Assembly (NCBI GenBank): GCA_037147135.1
Contig: JBAWVU010000002.1
Location: 1 to 34,072, forward strand
Direction: 5' to 3'
From: Chloroflexota bacterium
GTDB lineage: Bacteria > Chloroflexota > Limnocylindria > Limnocylindrales > CSP1-4
DNA length: 34,072 nucleotides
Made by a program: the position numbers and the translations under genes. The notes under the pieces were generated by a model that ran no database searches, was not told the DNA's origin, and worked only from the letters and a program-made list of their open reading frames with translations. Positions 7,672 through 14,956 of the stretch are shown here, one piece after another. Positions within the stretch are counted from its first letter, which is position 1; every line of letters starts with the position of its first letter.

Positions 7672-9924
7672 TCATGGCGCCTCCCGATCGCGCTCCTGGA
7701 GCGCCCGCCAGACACGCTCCGGCGTCAGCGGCAGGTCGCGGATGACCGCGCCCGACGCGTCCCGGACCGCAGCGGCGACCGCAGGCGCGACGCAGAGGAG
7801 GGCCCCTTCGCTCATGCCCTTGGACCCGTAGGGGCCGGGCCCGTCCTCGTTCTCGACGATCTCGCTCACGAGCTCGAGAGGCAGGTCCATGCTCGTCGGG
7901 ATCCGGTAGTCGATGGCGCCGAGGTTCCGGATCCGGCCGGTCGCGTCGAAGATGTAGTGCTCCATGAGCGTGTGGCCGAGGCCCATGATCGCGGCACCCT
8001 CATCCTGCATCCGCACCTGGAGCGGGTTGAGCGCCTTCCCGACGTCGGAGACCGTCACGTGGCGCACGAGCGTGACGTCGCCGGTCGCCTCGTCGACCTC
8101 GGCCTCGATGGCAGTGCAGTTGAACTCGAAGAACGCCGGGCTTCCGCCGAGGGGATGGCCGGGCTCGTCCTCCTTGCGCATCTCGCCGTTCCCGATGAGC
8201 TCGCCGCCGAGCTTGCCAAGGCCCGGCTTGAGCACCTCGAGGACGGTGAGCTCGCGGTCCGGCAACCGGACGACGCCGCGATCGACGACGATCGCGTCCG
8301 CCTCGGCGCCGTGGAGCCGGGCCGCCATCGCCCGGAGCTGCGCCTGGATGTCACGGCACGCGCGGAGGACGGCATTGCCCATGAGGACGGTGGACCGACT
8401 GGCCGAGGTCTGCTGGTCGTACGGGACGCTGAAGGTGTCGCCCATGACCACGGTGATCCAGTCGAGCGGCGCCCCCAGCTCCTCGGCCGCGATCTGCGCG
8501 TAGACGGTGCGCGCGCCCTGACCCATGTCGGACGTCCCCGCGTACACGAGGACGCTGCCGTCGCCGAGGAGACGCACCGTGGAGTAGGAGAGTCCGGTCG
8601 TGGGGCCCGACTTGATGCCGAGGGCGATCCCCCGGCCGCGCCCGGGCGGGAGCGGGCTCCCCCACCCGATGAGCTCGGCAGCCCTGCGGATGGTCTGCTC
8701 CCATTCCCCGTCGGCCGGGGTGTCGCCCGGGATGAACGCCTCGCCGTGGCGGGCGAGGTTGCGCAGGCGGATCTCGAGACGGTCGATCCCGAGAGCGCGG
8801 GCGCCCTCGTCGAGATTCGACTCGACGGCCCAGTTCGCCTGCGGGTTCCCGAATCCGCGGAACGCGGTCGATGGCGTCGTGTGGGAGAGGATGGTGCGGG
8901 CGACGATCCGCGCCGCGGGCACGCGGTAGGGCCCGCAGGCGGGATAGCTGCCCTTGCTCACGGCCCGGTCGGCGATGTCCACGTATGCGCCGGCGAGGTA
9001 GTCCGCCGCGATGTCCTGGAAGGCGATCCGCCCATCCGCCTGGAACCCCGTCCGGACGCGCACCTCGGCCGAGGTGCGGCGCACCGCCTGGAACGTCTCC
9101 TCGAGCGAGAGGATGAGGCGTACCGGCCGGCCGGTCCGGAGGGCCATGAAGGTGACGAGCGGCTCGAGCTTGGGGTTCTGCTTTCCGCCGAAGCCGCCGC
9201 CCGGATCGGGCGCGAACACCCGGACCTTCGCGAGCGGGAGGCCGAAGACCGTGGCAAGTGTCCTCTGGAGGAGGTACGGGTGCTGGATCGAGCTCCAGCA
9301 GGCGATCCCGTCGCCATCGGGCGCGGCCATGAAGCCGTGGGGCTCGATCGCGAAGTGGGTGACCATCGGGAACGTGTACGTGTTCTCGACGACGAGATCG
9401 GCCCGGGCCACGTCCACGTCGGCCCAGCCGTACCGGTGCTCGCGGACGATGTTCGTCCCGGCGTTGGGGTCGCCCGGGCGGAGGGCCGGGTCCTGGACGA
9501 GCGGCGCGGCGGGGTCGAGCGCGGCGGCGACCGTGAAGACGGCCGGCAGCTCCTCGTACTCGACCTTCACGAGGCGCGCGGCCTCCTCTGCCGCGTCCTT
9601 CGTGTCGGCGGCGACCGCGGCCACGGGCTCGCCGTGGTATTTCGTCTCGCCGACCGCGAGGACGGGGCGATCCCGGAACTGCGGCCCGAACCGCGGGACG
9701 GGCTGCGGGAGGTCCGCGGCGGTCATGACAAGGCGGACGCCGGGCACCTGCTCGGCCGCGCGCGTGTCGATCGAGATGATCCGGGCGCGGGCACAGTCGA
9801 GCGTGACGAGCTTCGCCTCGAGCACGTTGGGCAGGCGGATATCGGCCACGTACTGCTGGCTGCCGGTGACCCGGCCGACGCCGCCGACGCGGTTGGGGGA
9901 GCCGCCGATCCGATCCGTACTCAT
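7672..9924 (-). CDS. Molybdopterin-binding large subunit of a xanthine dehydrogenase-family hydroxylase
   Basis: 750 aa. GGGFGGK, TAFRGFGNPQ and the C-terminal GPYGSKGMSEGAL (catalytic Glu region) are present. The ATG at 9924 overlaps the upstream stop codon as ATGA. Confidence 0.9.
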   Translation of the reverse strand: MSTDRIGGSPNRVGGVGRVTGSQQYVADIRLPNVLEAKLVTLDCARARIISIDTRAAEQVPGVRLVMTAADLPQPVPRFGPQFRDRPVLAVGETKYHGEPVAAVAADTKDAAEEAARLVKVEYEELPAVFTVAAALDPAAPLVQDPALRPGDPNAGTNIVREHRYGWADVDVARADLVVENTYTFPMVTHFAIEPHGFMAAPDGDGIACWSSIQHPYLLQRTLATVFGLPLAKVRVFAPDPGGGFGGKQNPKLEPLVTFMALRTGRPVRLILSLEETFQAVRRTSAEVRVRTGFQADGRIAFQDIAADYLAGAYVDIADRAVSKGSYPACGPYRVPAARIVARTILSHTTPSTAFRGFGNPQANWAVESNLDEGARALGIDRLEIRLRNLARHGEAFIPGDTPADGEWEQTIRRAAELIGWGSPLPPGRGRGIALGIKSGPTTGLSYSTVRLLGDGSVLVYAGTSDMGQGARTVYAQIAAEELGAPLDWITVVMGDTFSVPYDQQTSASRSTVLMGNAVLRACRDIQAQLRAMAARLHGAEADAIVVDRGVVRLPDRELTVLEVLKPGLGKLGGELIGNGEMRKEDEPGHPLGGSPAFFEFNCTAIEAEVDEATGDVTLVRHVTVSDVGKALNPLQVRMQDEGAAIMGLGHTLMEHYIFDATGRIRNLGAIDYRIPTSMDLPLELVSEIVENEDGPGPYGSKGMSEGALLCVAPAVAAAVRDASGAVIRDLPLTPERVWRALQERDREAP

Positions 9925-10406
9925 CGCCCCGCCCTCTCGGCGGTCGCGAGGACGGCGTCGGTGATCTGCTCGTAGCAGGCACAGCGGCAGAGGTTGCCGG
10001 CAAGGCCCTCGGCGATCTCGGCGACGGTCGGGTGCGGGTTGAGGGCGAGCAGCGCCTGCGCGGACATCACCTGGCCGGGGATGCAGAAGCCGCACTGGAC
10101 GGCGCCCTTGTCGAGGAAGGCCTCCTGCAGCGGGCTCAGGCGACCGTCGGCCGCGAGCCCCTCGATCGTCGCCACGTCGGCGCCGTCGGCTTCGACGGCG
10201 AGCATGAGGCAGGAGTCGACGGAGCGGCCGTCCACGATGACGGTGCATGCGCCGCACTCCCCCACGAGACAGCATTCCTTGGTGCCGGTGAGCTCGAGGT
10301 CTTCGCGCAGGACCTCGAGGAGCGTGCGGTTCGGGGCGACCTCGAACGCGCGCGGGCGCCCGTTCACGGTGACGCGGACAGGGACCGTCTCGATCATCCC
10401 GCTCAT
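9921..10406 (-). CDS. (2Fe-2S)-binding small subunit of the molybdenum hydroxylase
   Basis: CLVGECGACTV, CGFCIPG and CRCACY cysteine clusters are typical of CoxS/XdhC-type small subunits. The ATG at 10406 overlaps the upstream stop as ATGA. An alternative ATG at 10397 lies 9 nt after GGAAGG. Confidence 0.9.
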   Translation of the reverse strand: MSGMIETVPVRVTVNGRPRAFEVAPNRTLLEVLREDLELTGTKECCLVGECGACTVIVDGRSVDSCLMLAVEADGADVATIEGLAADGRLSPLQEAFLDKGAVQCGFCIPGQVMSAQALLALNPHPTVAEIAEGLAGNLCRCACYEQITDAVLATAERAGR

Positions 10407-11263
10407 CCTTCCGCCAGCCGGTCGATCGCCGTCCGCAGCGCGCGTGCGCCGAGGACGCGCAGCATCGCGAGGCGGTACTCGGGGCTCGCCCGCATCGACC
10501 GGGGCGACGGACTCGCGTCGGCGAACATCCGCTCGAAGATCGCCGCCCGGGCCCCGTCCGACGCGGTCGGGTCCGCGAGCACGCCGCTCTCGTCGACGGC
10601 GAGGACGGGCCGCGGCCCCACGCTGCCGTAGGCGATCCGGGTCACGCCGGCCTCGTCGACGGAGCACGCCAGCGTGACGGACGCGAGGTCGTGGCCGCGA
10701 CGGCGCGTCCGGCGGGTATGGACCGAGCCCGCCCGCCGGGTGGGCAGGGGCAGCTCGACCGCCGTGACGATCTCGTCCTGCGCGAGGGTCGTGACCCCGG
10801 AGCGCACGAAGAAGTCCGTCATCGAGATGCGCCGGGTGCCGCCCGGCCCGGCCGCGACGACCTCCGCCCCATACACGAGGAGCGACGGCGCGGTGTCCGC
10901 GGCGGGCGACGCGTTGCAGACGTTCCCCGCCAGCGTGGCCCGGTTCCGGATCTGCACCGAGCCGACGACCGCGGCCGCCTCCGCGAGCGCGGGGAAGTAG
11001 CGTCGCACCCGCTCGTCGGCTGCGATGTCCGTCATGACGGTCGTGGCCCCGACGGCAAGGCGCCCGCGCTCCTCGCGGATCGCCGGGCCGAGCTCTGCGA
11101 TCCGCTTCACGTCGATGACGACGGCCGGACGGACCGTCCCATCGCGCAACCGGATGACCAGGTCCGTTCCCCCGGCGAGGAGCCGGGCATCGAGTCCGTG
11201 CGTCGCGAGCAGTGCCACCGCCTCGGCCAGCGTCGCCGGCCGCGCGTAGGCGAAGGTGTGCAT
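10403..11263 (-). CDS. FAD-binding medium subunit of the molybdenum hydroxylase
   Basis: 286 aa. MHTFAYARPATLAEA...LLAGGTDLVIRL is typical of the CoxM/XdhB FAD-binding domain. GGGGGAAG lies upstream of the ATG at 11263. Confidence 0.85.
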   Translation of the reverse strand: MHTFAYARPATLAEAVALLATHGLDARLLAGGTDLVIRLRDGTVRPAVVIDVKRIAELGPAIREERGRLAVGATTVMTDIAADERVRRYFPALAEAAAVVGSVQIRNRATLAGNVCNASPAADTAPSLLVYGAEVVAAGPGGTRRISMTDFFVRSGVTTLAQDEIVTAVELPLPTRRAGSVHTRRTRRRGHDLASVTLACSVDEAGVTRIAYGSVGPRPVLAVDESGVLADPTASDGARAAIFERMFADASPSPRSMRASPEYRLAMLRVLGARALRTAIDRLAEG

Positions 11264-11284
11264 CGTTCGTTCTTCCCCCGAGCC

Positions 11285-12172
11285 TCAGACGACCTTGTCC
11301 ACCTCGTCCAGCAGCACCTGCGGGGTGGCCGCCCGGATGAAGAAGAACGGCCGCTCGCAGAACCGGTTCACGAAGTCCGCCCGCCTGGCTCGCAGCACGT
11401 CGTTGTCGACCATCGGCATCACGAAGCCCGGCGCCAGCAGCTCGTTCGTCAGCAGGTAGTTCTGCAGCGAGTGGAGGAACTGGAACTGGCGTTCGAACGG
11501 GATCAGCTCGTTCGCGGCCGGGTCGAAGTTGCCGTCGATCGCCGGGACGATGACGAGGTCGATGTTCGGCGTCCCCTCGTAGAACCCCCAGGACGGCATC
11601 GCGCCCCAGAACTTCTCGACGCCCTTGTTGGGGGCGGCTTTGTCGGAGCGCTCGGTGCCCTCGGTGCGCTTGCGCAGGAAGGTATCCACGGAGCCCATGA
11701 CGGCGCGCCCGTCATCGCTGATGACCGTAGTCTCGGACGCGACCTGGAGCCCGCCGCGGCGGCCGGCCTCGATGAGGCCCATGGACTTGCCGTGGTTCGA
11801 CTCGCCCCCGAGGAACAGCATCGTCTTGCCGCGGTAGTTCACGGCAGCGCTGTGGGACGGGTGCAGGCCGGCTTCCTCCATCCGGAGGGAGAGCATCGCC
11901 ACGACGACCTTCTGGATCGGGCCGGCCGGCCAGGGGCCGGTGAACGTCATGACACGACCGTCGTAGGAGATCGCCTTGTCGCCGCCCTGGCGCCACACGA
12001 TGTCCGGCTGGTCCAGCGTGACCTCCGGCGAGATCCGGACGTCGGCGAGCCTGTAGTTGAGGAAGTCCAAGTCCTCGAGCACATGCTCGCGGGGCTCGGT
12101 GCCGTAGACATCCACGCGCAGGCGCGCCATCCCCGCCGACATCTCCTCGGACAGTCGTAGCTGGTCGTTCAT
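11285..12172 (-). CDS. Hypothetical P-loop protein with an HPr kinase/phosphorylase C-terminal-like core
   Basis: 295 aa. LHPSHSAAVNYRGKTMLFLGGESNHGKSMGLIEAGRRGGLQVASETTVISDDG resembles the HprK-type block (Walker A G-x4-GKS, then L..L...G..LVaDD). The rest of the protein shows no motif I recognise. Confidence 0.5.
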   Translation of the reverse strand: MNDQLRLSEEMSAGMARLRVDVYGTEPREHVLEDLDFLNYRLADVRISPEVTLDQPDIVWRQGGDKAISYDGRVMTFTGPWPAGPIQKVVVAMLSLRMEEAGLHPSHSAAVNYRGKTMLFLGGESNHGKSMGLIEAGRRGGLQVASETTVISDDGRAVMGSVDTFLRKRTEGTERSDKAAPNKGVEKFWGAMPSWGFYEGTPNIDLVIVPAIDGNFDPAANELIPFERQFQFLHSLQNYLLTNELLAPGFVMPMVDNDVLRARRADFVNRFCERPFFFIRAATPQVLLDEVDKVV

Positions 12173-12217
12173 CGGTCCCTCTCGTTGCGATGCGGTTCGT
12201 GGTGATGCGGCGCCGGG

Positions 12218-12895
12218 TCAGGCGATCGGTTGAGCGTCGGCCGCCGTCCAGAGGATGTCGAGCATCTCCGCGGCGGTCGCGAAGTGGCGGCGCAGGGCGT
12301 CGGCCGCCAGCTCCGGGTCACGGCGCCGGAGCGCCTCGAGCACCGGGACGTGGAGGTCGGCGATCCTCAGCCGGTCCGCTCCCGGCACGGCAAGGCTGAT
12401 GTAGGTCCTCGAGAACGGCTCGAGGTGCCGCCACACCCGTTCGAGGGTGGCGTTGCCGGTCACCTCGACGATCCGGCTGTGGAAGCGCGCGTCGGCCGTG
12501 GCCTCCGTGTGGGCGTCTCCGACGCGGGCGGCCTGCCTCATGTCGCGGACGCAGCGGCCGAGCTCGTCGAGGTCGGCCTCGGTCAGCTGCGAGATCGCGA
12601 GCCGGGCACCCAGAGCCTCGAGCTCCGATCGGACGCCGAACGCCTCGAGGAGCTCGGCCGCCGACGGGCGGCGGACGCGGGCTCCCCGGAACGCGGTCGT
12701 CTCCACGACGCCGATGGCCTCGAGGTCACGGAGCGCCTCCCGCACCGGCGCCTGGCTCGTGCCGAACTCCCGGGCCACCCGGGTCTCGACGATCCTGGCG
12801 CCGGGCGGATAGCGGCCGTCAAGGATCGCCTGGAGGAGGCGATCCTTGACCTGGTCGCTCAGGACACTGCGCGAGATCGCTGTGCCGTCCGACAT
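12218..12895 (-). CDS. GntR family transcriptional regulator, FadR subfamily (FCD effector domain), copy 1
   Basis: 225 aa. The N-terminal winged helix-turn-helix is RIVETRVAREFGTSQAPVREALRDLEAIGVVE. The helical C-terminal domain contains DARFHSRIVEVTGNATL, an FCD-type His motif. Confidence 0.9.
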   Translation of the reverse strand: MSDGTAISRSVLSDQVKDRLLQAILDGRYPPGARIVETRVAREFGTSQAPVREALRDLEAIGVVETTAFRGARVRRPSAAELLEAFGVRSELEALGARLAISQLTEADLDELGRCVRDMRQAARVGDAHTEATADARFHSRIVEVTGNATLERVWRHLEPFSRTYISLAVPGADRLRIADLHVPVLEALRRRDPELAADALRRHFATAAEMLDILWTAADAQPIA

Positions 12896-12906
12896 CGTGG
12901 TGTGGC

Positions 12907-14679
12907 TCAGGACCCGATCCCGATGGTCGGGCGGACCGTCTCGGTGCTGAGGATCTCGACCACGCCGGCGTTGCCGTCGACGCGGATGCGCTGGCCGGTG
13001 TGAATCACGTAGGTGCCGATCGACGTGCCGACCACCGCGGGGATCCCGTACTCGCGGGCGAGGACGGCCGGGTGAGCGACGACGTCGCCGGCGTTCGTCA
13101 CGACCGCGGCGATCTTGCCGTAGAGGACCTGCCAGGCCGGGTTCGTCATCTCGCACACCAGGATCTCGCCCTGGCGCACGAGGTCGAACTCGTCCGTGGA
13201 GGTGACGACGCGCGCCACGCCCTCGACGACGCCGGGCGATCCGGCGATACCGGCGAGCTTCCCGTCCTTCAGCTCCCGCGGGCGGTCGAACTTGTCCGGG
13301 AAGCCCCAGAGGTTGAGGTAGGGGAACGCGAGCTGCGTCGCGGTGGCCGTGCCCACCCAGTCCTTGGGCCGGATGCCGTCCGCCGCGGCGCGCTTGGCGC
13401 GCGCGGCCGCGACGATCGCCCGCCCTGTTGTGGCGTCCGGTGCACCGATGAACTCGCGCAGGGCGTTGTAGCGGAAGTAGATGACGTCGTCCGGCTGGTC
13501 CAGAACGCCCATCGCGACGAGCTTCTCGCCGAGGGCGATGAGGACGAGGCGGACGTGGGCGTTGGCGCCCTGGTCGATGTAGAAGTGATGGTCCGGGGTG
13601 AGCGGCGCCATCTTGAGGTTGATCTCGTTGGCGGCCCGCATCTCCTCGAGCGCCTCGCCGGAGAGCCCCTCGAGGATCTCCACCGCGGCGGCATCGATGT
13701 CGGCCTTGAGGGCGGCGACCTTCGTCGGGTAGTCGTAGTCCGACGCGTACTGGTCGCGAACGAGCTGGACGACCGGGACCATGTCCTCGCGGAAGCTCGG
13801 GTAGATGAACTCGTGGCTCCAGACCGCGTGCCAGCCGAACTCCTTCTGGTACGGGACCACTCGCTCGTCGATGAACCGGCGGCCGCGTTCGGTGGCCTGG
13901 AGGGCCGGGACGATGTCCGTCGCGGCCGCGTGGTCGAAGGCCGCGGAGAGGACCGGGTCCGCCTTGACCTCTTCCTTCATCTCCCAGAGGGCCTCGATCT
14001 TGTCCCAGTTGCGGTCGCTGGCCGAGTTCTGCAGCCGGCCGAGGAGGACCTGGTTCACCTCCCCATGGGTCTTCTTCATGACCGCCTGGAGGTTGAGCGT
14101 CGCGCTGAGCTGCGCGAAGTTCAGCATCCAGTGGATCTTCCAGTGGCGGTCGTGCATGTCGATGGCGTCCTCGAGGAGGACCGCCACCTCGGCGAGGCTC
14201 AGCTGGTCCTTCTGGTCCAGCATCGACTCGATGTAGTCGAAGTTGCGCTGCATCTCCGGCACGAACCGGGTGCGCCACCAGTAGGTGAAGTTGGTCCCGT
14301 AGACGGGCAGCACCGCGCCGAGGTACGCACCGATCTTCGCGGCGTAGTCTGCGTCCTCGGGGACGATCGCCTGCGTCTCGTAGTTGTATTCCTGTGTCGC
14401 GACGTGGAGGCCGGCCTCGGCCGGGATCGCGGTCGTGTACAGGTAGCCGTTGATCTTCTTGTAGATCCAGTCCGTCGCGAAGGGCGTGCCGAAGCGGCGG
14501 AACATGTGGTCGCACGAGAGCCACCAGCCGCCGATGTCCTCGTACATCGGGCTGAGCGGCTTGGGGCAGTGCAGGTCGTCGAAGACCCAGAAGAGGAGCT
14601 TCTCGTTCTCCGAGGCCCACTCGATCGGGAACGATCCGTCCCCGAGGAATGCGCCGAGGACTTCTTCCTTGAGCGGCAC
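12907..14679 (-). CDS. Atypical PEP-utilising enzyme: ~470-aa N-terminal domain of unknown function plus C-terminal phospho-His swivel domain, with no ATP-grasp
   Basis: GTG at 14679 with GGAGG 6 nt upstream. 590 aa. The C-terminus is GIAGSPGVVEGVARVV...ILVCEMTNPAW...VVTNAGDVVAHPAVLAREYGIPAVVG, a PEP-utilizers mobile domain with the His at aa 536. The N-terminus (FWVFDDLHCPKPLSPM...) lacks any GGKxxNL/ATP-grasp signature. Confidence 0.75.
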   Translation of the reverse strand: MPLKEEVLGAFLGDGSFPIEWASENEKLLFWVFDDLHCPKPLSPMYEDIGGWWLSCDHMFRRFGTPFATDWIYKKINGYLYTTAIPAEAGLHVATQEYNYETQAIVPEDADYAAKIGAYLGAVLPVYGTNFTYWWRTRFVPEMQRNFDYIESMLDQKDQLSLAEVAVLLEDAIDMHDRHWKIHWMLNFAQLSATLNLQAVMKKTHGEVNQVLLGRLQNSASDRNWDKIEALWEMKEEVKADPVLSAAFDHAAATDIVPALQATERGRRFIDERVVPYQKEFGWHAVWSHEFIYPSFREDMVPVVQLVRDQYASDYDYPTKVAALKADIDAAAVEILEGLSGEALEEMRAANEINLKMAPLTPDHHFYIDQGANAHVRLVLIALGEKLVAMGVLDQPDDVIYFRYNALREFIGAPDATTGRAIVAAARAKRAAADGIRPKDWVGTATATQLAFPYLNLWGFPDKFDRPRELKDGKLAGIAGSPGVVEGVARVVTSTDEFDLVRQGEILVCEMTNPAWQVLYGKIAAVVTNAGDVVAHPAVLAREYGIPAVVGTSIGTYVIHTGQRIRVDGNAGVVEILSTETVRPTIGIGS

Positions 14680-14737
14680 GTGGATCCTCCTGTGCGGTGT
14701 GCGACCCGGGGCGGACTCGCCGGCCCGGGACTGGTCG

Positions 14738-14956
14738 TCAGCCCGCGGCTGCTTGGTGGCGGGTGATCCGCCTGAAGCGCCGCATGTTCTCGGTGGGCGC
14801 GATCTCCGTCGGGAGACCCTCCATGCTCGACGCCCCGAAGAAGCCGGCCACACCCGTCGTGTGGTAGCTGACGTACCGGGCGTCCTCCGGCTCCGCGATC
14901 GGGCCGCCGTCGGCAACCGTCCCGCGCAGGCGCTCCAGCGCCTCGCCTCGGTTCAT
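14738..14956 (-). pseudogene. Remnant of a PEP-hydrolase-like TIM-barrel gene (partner of UPF0261/Tm-1) with a large in-frame internal deletion
   Basis: 72 codons. MNRGEALERLRGTVADG looks like the family N-terminus. It is fused directly to GPIAEPEDARYVSYHTTGVAGFFGASSMEGLPTE...FRRI, which looks like the family C-terminus (HGGPIA.PEDA..V...T.GV.GFyGASSMERLP). Family members are about 275-285 aa from memory. The ATG at 14956 overlaps the UPF0261 stop as ATGA. Confidence 0.55.

Noticed and set aside
7672-11263. Possible carbon monoxide dehydrogenase (CoxLMS) because of the L/S/M subunit organisation
   Set aside because: At the active-site loop position the large subunit reads TAFRGFGNPQ. This is neither the form I motif AYRCSFR nor the form II motif AYRGAGR (motifs quoted from memory). 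It is therefore called only a generic xanthine-dehydrogenase-family hydroxylase.
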